Shown here one piece after another: positions 31,480 through 42,901 of a stretch of 64,000 nucleotides of DNA. Source of the stretch: Methanotrichaceae archaeon. Its GTDB lineage: Archaea; Halobacteriota; Methanosarcinia; Methanotrichales; Methanotrichaceae. Positions within the stretch are counted from its first letter, which is position 1. Every line of letters begins with the position of its first letter. The position numbers and the translations under genes were made by a program. A model generated the notes under the pieces. The model saw only the letters and a list, made by a program, of their open reading frames with translations, ran no database searches and was not told where the DNA came from. The DNA lies in the NCBI GenBank assembly GCA_963754945.1, contig CAVWIG010000014.1, positions 37,648 through 101,647 on the forward strand, in the 5' to 3' direction.

Positions 31480-31837
31480 GGATATAGAACTTGAATTTCC
31501 TGAACTGTGGGCTGTGATGTCACCCGATTTAAAACGCTACTTAAGACGGTGAGTAAGCGCCAAATGCGCGCATTGAAAGAGCATAATCGAAGAAGCAATT
31601 CGCTAGCTGGAGCAGCCGGAAGATAATTGTAAGAATTGCAACCAAGTTCGGGACTGCGATTTAAGCGCTAATTCTCTGGCCATCCCATTGAGAAGTCATT
31701 ATGCCAAAGGTGATCGAAGATCGCCGGGCGCGTGACTGGCCGGAGCTGAGGAGCTTTGTGATTAATTGCCTCCTGCCCTTCCCGCCAGCGAAAAAGAGCG
31801 TGATTGCAGCTTTGGAAGAGGTGAAAGATGAGGCTGG

Positions 31838-32053
31838 ATGATTGAAGAGGCGGCTTTCGGCCTTTCCTTAATCCGGTCGAGGTTGCCGTTATATCAGGCC
31901 GTTGCGGCTATGTCCGAAGAAGAGCAAGATGCAGCTCTCGTGACCCTGGATCTGGAATTGGACCAATCTTGTCTGATTCATCCAGCATGTCCACACTGCC
32001 TGGAGTCGGCGGCATGGCTGAGGAGGAACTTGATGCTATATTGGCTAGGCTGA
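31838..32053 (+). CDS. Hypothetical protein
   Basis: 71-aa ORF with C..HP.CPHC; ATGA-coupled to a 46-aa upstream ORF (31701-31841). Confidence 0.5.
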   Translation: MIEEAAFGLSLIRSRLPLYQAVAAMSEEEQDAALVTLDLELDQSCLIHPACPHCLESAAWLRRNLMLYWLG

Positions 32054-32352
32054 AAAAGATCAACGAGGGCATCAATATTCACAGATGTCCGAAGTAGAGC
32101 TTGAGTCTTGAATCCAGCAAAAACGAACGATTCTGATGAACAAAATCATGGATTCAGGTCACTCTTTCTAGTCAATACCCTTATGAGATCATTGAAGATA
32201 TTCCTGGGCTGGTAGAGGTTCACCTACCATCATCTCTTCATCAGGTCAATAACCTGAGAGATGTCTTTCCAAAGGCTAGTGACTGACATTGAAAAGAGGA
32301 GGCTCAAACCCTAGGTAGAAGAGATCTTATCATGTGGGAGTAACCAGATTCC

Positions 32353-32961
32353 CTACTTAAGATACCCATCTTTATCAAAAATAACATTATACTGAGATTC
32401 ATATATATCTGTGATAAATAAGCTCAACAATTGTCGCGTAGGCACATCCTCTTCTGAAAACCCGACTTCTGATCTTATATTACGATATAACTCAGCCATT
32501 CTTTTTGCTGTTGTAATGTTGTCATCCTTTCTCTCTAATCCTGCCTTTATAATCAATGTGTAAATATCTATCACTTTGGGGGAAGCATAGACAATCAATT
32601 TTGGGCGGAGCTTTCTCAAGTCCGTTTCTATTTTCCCAGAGCTATCAGGGTCTTTCTCCTTTGTCATTTTGGAAATATTTTCCATCATCTTAAGAAATTC
32701 TTCATATGTCTCCTTCCTTTGTTGGTGGATTCTAAATTGAATTTCCCTCTCTTTTGTGGCCTGGACCTGGTAGCTAATTGCTATGGCTGCAATAGCAATA
32801 GAGGTAAATTGTCCCAGCGCAGTCAGCACCTTAAGCTTATCGTCAAAATTTGACTGCTGGGATATAAAATGATTATATACTGTTAAATCGATAATTATAA
32901 TAACTAGGATTAAGATGACTAATAATAGATTCAAACTCCAAAATAGCCATCTGTGCTTCAT
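32353..32961 (-). CDS. Hypothetical two-TM membrane protein (AT-rich)
   Basis: 202-aa ORF. Confidence 0.7.
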   Translation of the reverse strand: MKHRWLFWSLNLLLVILILVIIIIDLTVYNHFISQQSNFDDKLKVLTALGQFTSIAIAAIAISYQVQATKEREIQFRIHQQRKETYEEFLKMMENISKMTKEKDPDSSGKIETDLRKLRPKLIVYASPKVIDIYTLIIKAGLERKDDNITTAKRMAELYRNIRSEVGFSEEDVPTRQLLSLFITDIYESQYNVIFDKDGYLK

Positions 32962-33337
32962 TAAGATCCTCTTTGGAATCAGAAAGCATCCCTCAAGATA
33001 AGGCCATGATGACTACCTATGACTTAAACATTTAGGTAAGAGATTCAAAGTCTCATGGCATTTGGGCTGTATAATGACTCCCTGGAAAAATGATCCCATA
33101 AGCTTCAAGGCAAGCCACAAGAGGCCTAGAGAGACATGGTCAGCCTATTTCTGAGACAAGAGAAAATATAGTTTCGAAGGAGAAAGATAAGATATTATCT
33201 ACGGAAACGACGAATGAAGGGTTCTGAAAGCTTTCATCACGATATTTCAACAAAGGCAGAAAATTTTCGTGAAAAGCATGAGAAGTCAGTAGAACCACAA
33301 AGGCTCTACTGAACTTCCTAGCTTACGGGATTTTAGG

Positions 33338-33410
33338 CGCCCGGACCGGGATTCGGACCCGGGTCGAAAGCTCGACAGGCTTTCATGATAGGCCACTACA
33401 CTATCCGGAC
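33338..33410 (-). tRNA. tRNA-Asp (GTC)
   Basis: Cloverleaf GTCCGGA...AAAGC CTGTCGA GCTTT...CCGGG TCCGAAT CCCGG TCCGGGC G. Confidence 0.95.
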
Positions 33411-33418
33411 ACAACAGA

Positions 33419-33528
33419 TCCCGCCTCCCAGATTCGAACCGGGGACATCGCGGTGACTGCGCGTAGCACCCTTCGGTGCGAACTTACTTACTACAGCCGC
33501 GCACTCTACCAGGCTGAGTTAAGGCGGG
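33419..33528 (-). tRNA. tRNA-Tyr (GTA) with 36-nt intron at canonical 37/38 (intron 33455-33490)
   Basis: CCCGCCT acceptor stem; CGCGG CTGTAG^A CCGCG anticodon arm; GTTCGAAT T-loop. Confidence 0.93.
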
Positions 33529-33739
33529 CCTCTGGGTACGACGTATTTCTAATACTTAGACCTTTCGACACGAAGTGCACCGGTGGGTTTGGCTTTGGTT
33601 TCTTGGGTCGATTGGCATTTGCTCGGATATCGGTTCGTCAGATAGTGATGGCATTATCAAGGCCGTAGGTATGTCCGAGTGATTATCAGATAAGGCTAAA
33701 GTAGATAGCTGCTTTTGCGTATATTCGAAAGGTGATATC

Positions 33740-34270
33740 ATGCTCATTGGAATTATGTCCGACTCTCACGACAACATCCAGGGAGTTAAGGATGCGCTTA
33801 AGATCTTTCGGGAACGAGGGGTGAAACTGGTCCTCCACGCAGGCGACATGATCGGCTCGGGAAACTGCTACACCTTTGAAGGCTGCGGCATGGACGTTAA
33901 ACTGGTCTACGGGAACAACGATGGCGACAGAGTCGGCCTGATGAGGGATTTTGGGCGCGTCGGCGGAGAGTACCTTGGGGACTTCGGGGAGATCGAGGCA
34001 GATGGCCGAAAGATCGCCATGCTACACGGTACAGACGAGCCCCTTGTAAATGCGGTCGTGGCCTCGCAGCTTTACGATGTGGTTGTCAGGGGCCACAACC
34101 ATCGTGCTGAAGCGACACAGCACGGCAAGACGCTGCTCGTAAATCCCGGTGAGGTCTGGGGCCACTTCACGGGCATGAGGTCCGTGGCTGTGATGGATAC
34201 ATCGAATCTTAAGGTCGAAATGGTTGAGATGGGAAGATGCAAGTCATTCCGGGAGATGCTCAAGGAATGA
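33740..34270 (+). CDS. YfcE/MJ0936-type metallophosphoesterase
   Basis: SDSHDN, HAGD, GNND, HG, GHNH and NPG motifs. Confidence 0.9.
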   Translation: MLIGIMSDSHDNIQGVKDALKIFRERGVKLVLHAGDMIGSGNCYTFEGCGMDVKLVYGNNDGDRVGLMRDFGRVGGEYLGDFGEIEADGRKIAMLHGTDEPLVNAVVASQLYDVVVRGHNHRAEATQHGKTLLVNPGEVWGHFTGMRSVAVMDTSNLKVEMVEMGRCKSFREMLKE

Positions 34271-34731
34271 ATGAAAGGGTTAGCATCGTAGAATGCGCTC
34301 GCTTCGAAGCACTGGGCTGCTACCTCGTAGTGGAGCGGCTCGGAAACAAAATCACAAAGGTCTTCTTTTCGGCCGAACAGCCATCCCCCTCAAGGAGTTC
34401 TGAGCTTGCGGAAGGACTCATCAAGTACGTTACAGACGGCACTTCGTGCCCCGAGGTTGAACTGGACCTTTCGGGCTTCAATGATTTTCATAGAAAAGTT
34501 ATATCAGTTGTCATGGGCATTCCCCGCGGAAGAAGGATGACTTACGGGCAGGTTGCCGCATTGGCCGGCCATCCGGGAGCTGCACGGGCTGTGGGAAGTG
34601 TCATGGCCAAAAACCCTTTCGTCATCCTCGTGCCCTGTCACCGAGTGGTCGCTAAGGAAGGGCTGGGCGGTTTCGCCTGGGGAATTGAGGCGAAGAAGAG
34701 GCTGCTGGAGTTCGAGGCTTCCAATCCCTAA
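34267..34731 (+). CDS. ogt: Methylated-DNA--protein-cysteine methyltransferase
   Basis: TYGQVA, AARAVG and VPCHRVV motifs. Confidence 0.92.
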   Translation: MNERVSIVECARFEALGCYLVVERLGNKITKVFFSAEQPSPSRSSELAEGLIKYVTDGTSCPEVELDLSGFNDFHRKVISVVMGIPRGRRMTYGQVAALAGHPGAARAVGSVMAKNPFVILVPCHRVVAKEGLGGFAWGIEAKKRLLEFEASNP

Positions 34732-34785
34732 AATTTATTACCAAATAGCTCATTATCTTTTGTGAGTTTCATTATGAGGCTATAG

Positions 34786-35148
34786 ATGGTAAGAAGACTA
34801 AAGGACCTCAGTCCATCGGAGCTTGGTCTGCTTCCGAACACATCCAGCGATCATTCGAGCATGGGCGAAGAGATGATTTACTTGCATCTGTTCAACCGCA
34901 AGAAGATGAACTGGTACCTGGCAGGGTACAGCTCGATAAGCCGGAAGTTCTTCGGATACTTTGAAAACCCAGAAGACACGATAACCTCAGGGTCCTACAC
35001 CTTTGAGGGTATCCTGAGCTACGGAAAGAAGGGTGAAGACTGGGAGCCGATAGTGGATGATGGCTGGAAGCCCATGTTGGCAAAGGATATTCCGCCGCTT
35101 CAGGGGTATATCGAATTCATCAGAAATGGGACTGATGATTTCACTTGA
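34786..35148 (+). CDS. Hypothetical protein (DUF2958-like pattern)
   Basis: LF...NWYLAGY...FFGY pattern; 120 aa. Confidence 0.6.
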   Translation: MVRRLKDLSPSELGLLPNTSSDHSSMGEEMIYLHLFNRKKMNWYLAGYSSISRKFFGYFENPEDTITSGSYTFEGILSYGKKGEDWEPIVDDGWKPMLAKDIPPLQGYIEFIRNGTDDFT

Positions 35149-35333
35149 TTTTTAGACGGATTCTTTTGATGAATACCCGCAGCCACTTGTGCCACCGCAA
35201 ATCCTGCTGAATATCTATCTCCCTTGGGTTCTAGACCCGTTTATCAAGGCGGCAAGTGCAGTTGCAAGGTAGGCTCTTCGTCGGCTTCGAAGCGTTTCGG
35301 TCAGGTAGAGGTAGGTAGCGGTTTGTACAGGGC

Positions 35334-35998
35334 CTATCCAGGTCGTTCATCCAGCGCTCTTTTGACCTGGTTGACGTACTCATGGGCTAGCCTGCAGGGT
35401 TCAGGGAGCTTGTGATCTGTAAGATACTCACGTGCCAACTCAAGCGACGCGTCGACTGAGACCCGGTGTCCAGGGGCTATAACTATTGGCCGGCACCCTT
35501 CTTTGATCTCAGTAGGTGGCCGACCTGTTTACCGTTATAGATAAGTGGCGTGGATTCGCCAGCCCTCTCCGGCAGCTTGTAATCACCGCACAACACGCTT
35601 TTGCTGACTCCTATCGTGGGCAGATCTAGGGCGGCGCCAACGTACGTCGCCAGTCCTGCTATCCTGGGATGGTTTATGCCGCAGCCGTCAACGAAGAGAA
35701 GGGTGGGTCTCACTGAGAGCTTTTTCACGGCTCTGACGGCCGCAGGCCCCTCCCGAAATGAGAGCAGTCCTGGTACGTAAGGAAAATAGGTCTTGACCGA
35801 ACAACTGGCCTTGTCGGTGACTTCGAAGCTCGGACCGAGGACCACCGCACCTGAAAAAACGAGATCACCATCAAAGGCCTGATCTACTCCAGCAACCGCT
35901 TCTGTGGAGTAGCTGTTCTCTAAAATCACGCGAGAGGCTATCTTCCTCTGGACTTCAAAAAGATGTCTTTCCAGAAGTCTGCCTTCCGGGCGGTTCAT
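35334..35998 (-). pseudogene. nfi: Endonuclease V with a single frameshift near 35496 (possible sequencing error)
   Basis: AGVD, FPYVPGLLSFRE and VDGCG.NHPR motifs; C-terminus CRPIVIAPGHRVS...KLPEPCRLAH in a shifted frame. Confidence 0.85.
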
Positions 35999-36014
35999 CC
36001 CTCGTGGCCTATCG

Positions 36015-37037
36015 TCACGTTCGCGTGCTAGAAGCAGCTTTTGGCTCGACCATGGCATGGCTCAGGTTTATGGTCAGCTCGCCTATGTTCATTATGTAAT
36101 CTAACATACGCTCTATGCTGCTGGCCACAATCAGCCTAACCATCATCTCGCTTCTGTCCTTCAGTTTGGTTGAGTTGGCCAGAATCTGAACCTTATCGCG
36201 GATCTCTCTGGTCTTATCTATCAGCGCGTTGGCCTTCTCTGAGTTCATCTGGAGCAGGAAGGTGATGGAGTCGTCGATCAGCTCACCGAAGGTTGATTCA
36301 AAACCAGTGAGCTCTGCTACTATCTCATCCGATAATGTGTACTCGCACTTGCTGGCCATCTCTGCAATCCTGGATGCGTGGTCTGAGATTCTCTCCAGGT
36401 TTGATGAAGCCTGCATGTAATTGAACGCGGTTATCGAGTTGAGGGTCTCCTGTTTAACCGAGCCTGATCTCAGAATCTCTGTGAACTGGCGCGAAATTAG
36501 CAGGTTCAGCCTATCGACGTCGTTATCCCTCTGGATCACATCATTGGCGAGATCCTTGTTCTTGGTCACCAGGGCATTTATCGAATCCTGGATCATGGAC
36601 TTCACAACCGTCCTGATCCGCCGGAGGGCTCGCTCAGACTGAAGCTCCTCTGAACTCAATAGGTCCTGCATGACCACACGGTTGATGGTCTCCTCCAGGA
36701 TCTCCGGGCCGATGAGCTTGCCCACGATGCTGTGAATATCCTTCTTCTGCGCAGAGGACATATGGCTGGAAATGACGTCTATCGTCCGGTAGCCGGCAAC
36801 ATAACACCCTATGATGTCCCTTATCAGAGGCTCTCCCGACTTGTCTCCTATGTCGAGCTTTATCTTGAGATCCTGCTCGGACCTGTCCGTTGAGAGCAGC
36901 AGAGACCCGTTATCGCTCTGGGTGATATAAATTATCGAGCCGGCCTGGACCCCGTTCTTCGTCGCCCAGTTCTTCGGGAGGGAGACTATGAAAGTAGACT
37001 TGCCGGTCCTCTGTACCTTTCTGGTGTCCATGATCAT
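36015..37037 (-). CDS. Phosphate uptake regulator (AbrB + PhoU domains)
   Basis: RKVQRTGKSTFIVSLPK N-terminus; DNDVDRL and LERISDHA PhoU motifs. Confidence 0.9.
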   Translation of the reverse strand: MIMDTRKVQRTGKSTFIVSLPKNWATKNGVQAGSIIYITQSDNGSLLLSTDRSEQDLKIKLDIGDKSGEPLIRDIIGCYVAGYRTIDVISSHMSSAQKKDIHSIVGKLIGPEILEETINRVVMQDLLSSEELQSERALRRIRTVVKSMIQDSINALVTKNKDLANDVIQRDNDVDRLNLLISRQFTEILRSGSVKQETLNSITAFNYMQASSNLERISDHASRIAEMASKCEYTLSDEIVAELTGFESTFGELIDDSITFLLQMNSEKANALIDKTREIRDKVQILANSTKLKDRSEMMVRLIVASSIERMLDYIMNIGELTINLSHAMVEPKAASSTRT

Positions 37038-37703
37038 CTAGTTCAGGTGCTCTCTCTTTGCTTCTACCATATATACAATGGCCTCACAAATGTTGCATAT
37101 GTGATCTCCGGCCCGCTCAATTTGCCTGTTAACCATCAGTAGTGATATCGCATCGTCTATGAACTTCGGATTCTCTATAACTATCTTAAGCAGCGAGTCC
37201 CTGGCCTTTACGTACAACCCGTCTATTTCATAATCCCATTTGGTAGTCTGCCTTGCCAGATCAGCATCATCGTCCTTGAGGGCCTCCATCGCCTGGTCAA
37301 GCATTTTCCTGGCGATGTCTGCCATGCGTGGTATGTATTCGAACTGGGCTATACGGGCCTTGTCCCTGAGCTGGATTGTTACCCTGGCAATGTCCACAGC
37401 CAGATCCCCGATCCGTTCCAAGTCTATTCCGATCTTCAGTATGCCTATGATCATCCTCAGATCCTTTGCCATAGGCTGCTGAAGGACGAGAAGCTCCGTG
37501 CACCTCTTCTCGATCTTCTGGTTGAGCTCGTCAACCAACTGATCCTGTTGGATCACCTCCTTGGCCAGATCCAAGTTCGACTCCTCCAAGGACTTTATCG
37601 ATTGCTCTATGGCGGTGCTGACCTGATCAGCCAGACTCTCCGTGAAGACCTTCAGATCATCGAGCTGCCTGTGATACTTCTCTCTGTACGGACTAATCTC
37701 CAC
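37038..37703 (-). CDS. phoU: Phosphate signalling protein PhoU
   Basis: QQPMAKDLR, LERIGDLA and IERAGDH motifs. Confidence 0.93.
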   Translation of the reverse strand: MEISPYREKYHRQLDDLKVFTESLADQVSTAIEQSIKSLEESNLDLAKEVIQQDQLVDELNQKIEKRCTELLVLQQPMAKDLRMIIGILKIGIDLERIGDLAVDIARVTIQLRDKARIAQFEYIPRMADIARKMLDQAMEALKDDDADLARQTTKWDYEIDGLYVKARDSLLKIVIENPKFIDDAISLLMVNRQIERAGDHICNICEAIVYMVEAKREHLN

Positions 37704-37766
37704 TCCACCTTCGTTTATTAATTGAATTATATTGATTTAGATTTGTTAATCGAAAATCCGATATGC

Positions 37767-38513
37767 TCAACCGAATCTTCCCGTTATGTAATCTTCAGTG
37801 CTCTTCTCCTTTGGCATCTCAAACAGGCGCTTAGTCTCTCCCACCTCGATCAGTTCGCCAAGGAGAAAATAGGCCGTGTAATCTGAGATCCTAGCCGCTT
37901 GCTGCATATTGTGGGTGACAATGATCTGGGTGTACTTCTCTTTGAGCCCATCCATCAGGCTCTCAATTTTGCTGGTAGAGATAGGATCGAGTGCGCTACA
38001 AGGTTCGTCAAAGAGGATCACATCCGGCCTCATAGCCATCGTCCGAGCTATGCACAGCCTCTGCTGCTGGCCTCCGGACAGTCCCATCGCAGGCACATCC
38101 AATCTATCGCTTACTTCTTCCCAGAGGGCGGCCTCTTTCAGGCTTCTTTCCACTATCTTGTCTATGTTTTTGGCACCGTGGATCCTGGGCCCGTAAGCTA
38201 TGTTGTCGTATATGGACATGGGGAAGGGGTTTGGCTTCTGAAAGACCATTCCTATCCTTTTTCTGATCTCCACAACATCGACATCTTTGCAGTAGATGTT
38301 TGTGCCTTCATACAGCACCTCTCCCTCGACTCTTACTTTATCAATGAGATCGTTCATCCTGTTCAGGCAGCGTATGTAGGTTGACTTGCCGCATCCGGAT
38401 GGACCGATCAGTGCTGTGATCTTGTTCTCAAGGACACCCAGGTTAATGTTCTTCAGGGCTTGCTTTTCGCCGTACCAGAGGTTCAGGTTCTTGGACTCAA
38501 TCTTGAAACTCAA
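37767..38513 (-). CDS. pstB: Phosphate ABC transporter ATPase
   Basis: [30 protein letters not shown] and YITGRFG motifs. Confidence 0.97.
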   Translation of the reverse strand: MSFKIESKNLNLWYGEKQALKNINLGVLENKITALIGPSGCGKSTYIRCLNRMNDLIDKVRVEGEVLYEGTNIYCKDVDVVEIRKRIGMVFQKPNPFPMSIYDNIAYGPRIHGAKNIDKIVERSLKEAALWEEVSDRLDVPAMGLSGGQQQRLCIARTMAMRPDVILFDEPCSALDPISTSKIESLMDGLKEKYTQIIVTHNMQQAARISDYTAYFLLGELIEVGETKRLFEMPKEKSTEDYITGRFG

Positions 38514-38600
38514 TGCAGGTCTCCTTCCGATACTCTAACAAATTGCAAATATCCCCAACTAATTCCATTGCTGCTCATACTGTGGCTGATTCCGGAATCC

Positions 38601-38631
38601 CTATATAGAATCTTCCTATATAGTCTATATG
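38601..38631. promoter_or_regulatory. Repeated CTATATAG elements upstream of pstB (putative phosphate-responsive boxes)
   Basis: CTATATAG at 38601 and 38616, CTATATG at 38625. Confidence 0.35.
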
Positions 38632-38711
38632 TCATTTCCCAAACAGACCACGGAAATATTTATATAGAACTTTAAACTGCTAATAAGCAAAGAAGCTTGG
38701 GAGGATTCTAT

Positions 38712-40340
38712 TTGGCTGGCTTGAGCGGCATACCAATAATCATATTGAAAGAAGGAAGCAAACGCGAAACGGGAAAGGATGCACAGAGGAGAAACATCGC
38801 GGCGGCCAAAGCAGTAGCTGATTCGATCAGGACCACTTTGGGGCCCAAGGGCATGGACAAGATGCTCGTCGACAGCATGGGCGATGCCACCGTAACCAAC
38901 GACGGCGCAACCATTCTCCGAGAACTAGACGTCGATAATGCAGTTGCTAAGATGATAGTCGAAGTTGCCAAAGCTCAGGACGACGAGATCGGCGACGGGA
39001 CCACTACGGCGGTTATAATAGCGGGAGAACTGCTCAAGAACGCTGAGGCCCTTATCGATCAGAACGTCCATCCAACTATAATCGTCTCTGGGTATAGGCA
39101 GGCCCAGACTAAGGCCCAAGAGATCCTGAAGGATATGGCTGTCGATGCTTCGGGAGACCGTGAGATGTTATTGAAGATCTCTCAGACTGCCATGACTGGA
39201 AAGGGAATCGAGCTTTTCATGAAAAAGCTCTCTCAGATTGCGGTAGATGCAGCCACCGCAGTGGCAAAAACCGAAAGGGTGGACCTTGAGGAGAGCGTTA
39301 AGATCGTAAAGATAACTGGCGGTTCTATTAAGGATTCTGAGATCAACTATGGCCTCGTGTTGGAGAAGGAGAGGCTAGATCCGATGATGCCCAAAAGGGT
39401 AGAGAACGCCAAGATCATGCTCTTAGAGGGAACCCTGGAGATCAAGAAGCTCTCGACGGATGCCAAGATAACCATAACCGACGCTCACGAGATGGCCAGC
39501 TTCAAACAGGGCGAGGAGAAGGTCATGGCCGACCAGGTGGACGCCATTGTTCGATCAGGCGCGAATGTGGTCTTCTGCCAGAAGGGAATAGGACAAGCTG
39601 CCTCTCACTACCTGTCCAAGAACGGAATCTTGGCCGCTAGAAGGGTCAAGGATGAGGATTTGAAACTTCTCGCACTGGCCACAGGTGCAAAGATCGTCGG
39701 AGACGTCATGACTGTGACCGCCAAGGACCTGGGAAGCTGCAAGCTGGTCGAGGAGCGAAAATTGGGCAAGGACAAGAACATGATCTTCGTTGAGGGATGC
39801 ACCAAAGCTAAGGCTGTGTCCGTGATTCTCCATGGATCCACCGAGGTCTTTCTCGACGAGATGGAACGGGCCCTTGAGGATGCACTCTACGTCGTCCTGG
39901 ATGTGATCCGCTCGGGAAAGATAGTTCCTGGCGGAGGCGCTCCTGAGATAAGAGTTGCAGAGAAGATCAGACAGTACGCAACAACTCTGACCGGCAGAGA
40001 GCAGTTGGCGGTAACCGCCTTTGCAGACGCAGTAGAGTCGATACCCCTGGCCCTAGCAGAGAACGCCGGGTTCGACCCTGTCAATACCCTCATGGCCCTA
40101 AGATCGAAGCACCAGAAAGGGCTCCAGAATTTTGGCCTAAACATAAACACAGGAGATCCAACCGACATGTTGGCAGAGGGTGTGGTCGAGCCTCTGAAAG
40201 TCAAGACACAAGCCATAAAATCTGCAACTGAGGCGGCAACTATGATTCTCAGAGTAGACGATGTCATAGCGGCCAAGCAGGAAGGGCTAAAACCCAAGCC
40301 GGGACAGAGTCCCAGCGATTACACCAGGCCACAATATTAG
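38712..40340 (+). CDS. Thermosome (group II chaperonin) subunit
   Basis: [25 protein letters not shown] and GGGAPE motifs; GGAGG RBS with TTG start. Confidence 0.96.
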   Translation: MAGLSGIPIIILKEGSKRETGKDAQRRNIAAAKAVADSIRTTLGPKGMDKMLVDSMGDATVTNDGATILRELDVDNAVAKMIVEVAKAQDDEIGDGTTTAVIIAGELLKNAEALIDQNVHPTIIVSGYRQAQTKAQEILKDMAVDASGDREMLLKISQTAMTGKGIELFMKKLSQIAVDAATAVAKTERVDLEESVKIVKITGGSIKDSEINYGLVLEKERLDPMMPKRVENAKIMLLEGTLEIKKLSTDAKITITDAHEMASFKQGEEKVMADQVDAIVRSGANVVFCQKGIGQAASHYLSKNGILAARRVKDEDLKLLALATGAKIVGDVMTVTAKDLGSCKLVEERKLGKDKNMIFVEGCTKAKAVSVILHGSTEVFLDEMERALEDALYVVLDVIRSGKIVPGGGAPEIRVAEKIRQYATTLTGREQLAVTAFADAVESIPLALAENAGFDPVNTLMALRSKHQKGLQNFGLNINTGDPTDMLAEGVVEPLKVKTQAIKSATEAATMILRVDDVIAAKQEGLKPKPGQSPSDYTRPQY

Positions 40341-40418
40341 AACCAAAGCCGGCATTTGATGTCGGCTAATCCCCTCCCTTGAATTAATTCTTTGGTTTCC
40401 TACATCAGCGGTGAAACT

Positions 40419-40955
40419 ATGGCTGAAGTGAAAACAGACGAGGTTGAAGAGATCGAACCTGAGGAAAGCGAGCTGATACAAGAAGGCGAGCTGATCCAAA
40501 ACTCGGAATCGAAGGACCTCTTCGAGCTCAAGAAACGGCTGGAAGAGGCACAAAATCTGGCCGAAGAGCGCTTGGACCAGCTTAGGCGGTGCAGGGCGGA
40601 TCTGGATAACACCCTAAAAATCGTGGCCAGGGAGAGAGAAGAGCATGCCAGATATGCTTCTGAGAAGCTGGTTTCAAAGCTGTTGTGCGTCCTGGACAGC
40701 CTGGAGCAGGCATCGAAGCACGACGAGGGTTGCAAGGTGCTGTACAATCAGCTTTTGGATGTCCTGAAGGGTGAAGGCCTTGAGCCCATAATTGCTTTGG
40801 GTCAGAAGTTCGATCCTTACAAACATGAAGCCTTGATGCAGGTCAAATCGGATGAGCTCGATGAGGATTATGTGGCCCAGGAGATCCAGCGCGGATACAC
40901 TCTGAACTCGAAGGTTATTCGCTTCTCCAAGGTGGCCGTTGTTAAGCGGCGATAA
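40419..40955 (+). CDS. grpE: Nucleotide exchange factor GrpE
   Basis: FDPYKHEA and QRGYTL motifs; precedes dnaK. Confidence 0.93.
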   Translation: MAEVKTDEVEEIEPEESELIQEGELIQNSESKDLFELKKRLEEAQNLAEERLDQLRRCRADLDNTLKIVAREREEHARYASEKLVSKLLCVLDSLEQASKHDEGCKVLYNQLLDVLKGEGLEPIIALGQKFDPYKHEALMQVKSDELDEDYVAQEIQRGYTLNSKVIRFSKVAVVKRR

Positions 40956-41008
40956 GTTTTAAATATTTATGATGTATTGGTACTGTTCAATTTCAGGAGA
41001 TGAATATC

Positions 41009-42874
41009 TTGGCTAAAATTATCGGTATAGATCTGGGAACCAGCAATTCGGCTGCAGCGGTTCTCGTCGGCGGTCGGCCAACAATAATACCCAGCGCAGA
41101 GGGAACCAGCCTCGGAGGCAAGGCTTTTCCGTCGTACGTAGCCTTCACTCGAGATGGGCAGGCGCTTGTGGGCGAGCCAGCTCGAAGACAGGCAGTGACA
41201 AATCCAGAGGGCACAATAACCGGGATCAAGCGCAAAATGGGAACAGATTACAAAGCAAAAGTGTATGGAAAGGATTACACCCCCGAAGAGGTTTCTGCCC
41301 AGATTCTGAGGAAGATTAAGAAAGATGCAGAGACCTACCTTGGCGAGTCTGTAGAGAAGGCAGTCATAACCGTTCCTGCTTACTTCAACGACAACCAAAG
41401 GCAAGCAACAAAGGACGCAGGAACCATAGCCGGCCTGGACGTTGTCAGGATCATAAACGAGCCCACTGCAGCCGCCTTGGCCTATGGCCTGGACAAGGTC
41501 GGTGAGCACAAGCTGCTGGTCTTTGACCTGGGCGGAGGAACCCTTGACGTTACCATCATGGAGATAGGTGAAGGCGTCTTTGAGGTACGATCGACTTCCG
41601 GTGATACGCAGCTTGGCGGCAGGGACATGGACGAAAGGCTCATGGACTATGTCCTTGAGAAGTTCAGGCAGGAATCGGGCTTAGACCTGCGCAAGGATTC
41701 CATGGCCATGCAGCGACTGCGGGAAGCAGTAGAGGTGGCCAAGATAGAGCTGTCCTCGGTCCTGCAGACCAACCTCAACCTGCCCTACATAACAGCGGAT
41801 GCGTCAGGCCCTAAACACCTGAGCATGACCTTATCCAGGGCCAAGCTGGAAGAGCTTATCAACGACGTCATGGAGCGGTGCAAAGGCCCCATGATTCAGG
41901 CCATCAAGGACTCCAAACTAGAGAAGACGGTCATCGACAAGATCATCCTGGTGGGCGGACCAACCCGCATGCCCATCGTTCAGGATTTCGTCAAGAACTT
42001 CATGGGCGAGGACGTGGAGCGCGGGGTTGACCCCATGGAGTGCGTAGCGATGGGCGCGGCCATCCAGGCTGGAGTTCTAGGTGGAGAGGTCAAGGATCTT
42101 CTCTTACTGGACGTCACGCCTCTCAGCCTCGGCATAGAGACCCTTGGCGGAGTGACTACAAAGCTCATCGATAGGAACACAACCATTCCTACCAAGAAGA
42201 GCCAGATTTTCACCACCGCCGCAGACAGTCAGACAAGCGTTGAGGTCAACGTTCTCCAGGGAGAGAGGCCTTTCGCGAGAGATAACATCACTCTAGGCAG
42301 GTTCACTCTGGTCGGGATACCGCCCGCTCCCCGAGGAATACCCCAGATCGAGGTAACCTTCGATATAGACGCGAACGGCATCATCCACGTCTCGGCTAAA
42401 GATCTGGCAACCAAAAAAGAGCAGAAAATAACCATTACCGCTCCGCACAAGCTCAACAAGGATGAGATCGATGCCAAGGTAAAAGAGGCAGAGCGTTTCG
42501 CTCAAGAGGATTCCCAGCGCAGAGAGGAGATCGAAGTTCGGAACCAGGCCGACTCTCTCGTGTACTCCTCGGAGAAGATGCTGAAAGAGGCTGGCGACGT
42601 GGCCACGGCAGAGCAGAAGGATAAGATCCAGAAGGGAATTACCGAGCTCAAGGATGCCATCTCCGGCGGAGATGTGGCCGCTATCAAAGCCAAGACCGAA
42701 AGCCTGCAGAGCTCCATCTACGAGCTGTCCGCAGCGATGTACCAGAAAGCCTCGCAGCAGCAACAGCAGGCCGGGCCGTCCGCTGGTCAGACCGGACAAG
42801 CCTCTGGTCAGCAGTCAGGACCACAGGGCAATTATGTGGACGCGGACTACGAGGTAGTAAACGATAAGAAGTAA
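41009..42874 (+). CDS. dnaK: Chaperone DnaK
   Basis: [17 protein letters not shown] and DLGGGT motifs. Confidence 0.98.
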   Translation: MAKIIGIDLGTSNSAAAVLVGGRPTIIPSAEGTSLGGKAFPSYVAFTRDGQALVGEPARRQAVTNPEGTITGIKRKMGTDYKAKVYGKDYTPEEVSAQILRKIKKDAETYLGESVEKAVITVPAYFNDNQRQATKDAGTIAGLDVVRIINEPTAAALAYGLDKVGEHKLLVFDLGGGTLDVTIMEIGEGVFEVRSTSGDTQLGGRDMDERLMDYVLEKFRQESGLDLRKDSMAMQRLREAVEVAKIELSSVLQTNLNLPYITADASGPKHLSMTLSRAKLEELINDVMERCKGPMIQAIKDSKLEKTVIDKIILVGGPTRMPIVQDFVKNFMGEDVERGVDPMECVAMGAAIQAGVLGGEVKDLLLLDVTPLSLGIETLGGVTTKLIDRNTTIPTKKSQIFTTAADSQTSVEVNVLQGERPFARDNITLGRFTLVGIPPAPRGIPQIEVTFDIDANGIIHVSAKDLATKKEQKITITAPHKLNKDEIDAKVKEAERFAQEDSQRREEIEVRNQADSLVYSSEKMLKEAGDVATAEQKDKIQKGITELKDAISGGDVAAIKAKTESLQSSIYELSAAMYQKASQQQQQAGPSAGQTGQASGQQSGPQGNYVDADYEVVNDKK

Positions 42875-42901
42875 GGACTAGAAAGGAATTCGAAGATCAG
42901 T

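Noticed and set aside
33455-33490. tRNA-Tyr intron as unusual
   Set aside because: Canonical 37/38 introns are common in archaeal tRNA-Tyr.
33453-33747. ORFs overlapping tRNA-Tyr and its promoter
   Set aside because: They overlap a clear tRNA gene; spurious.
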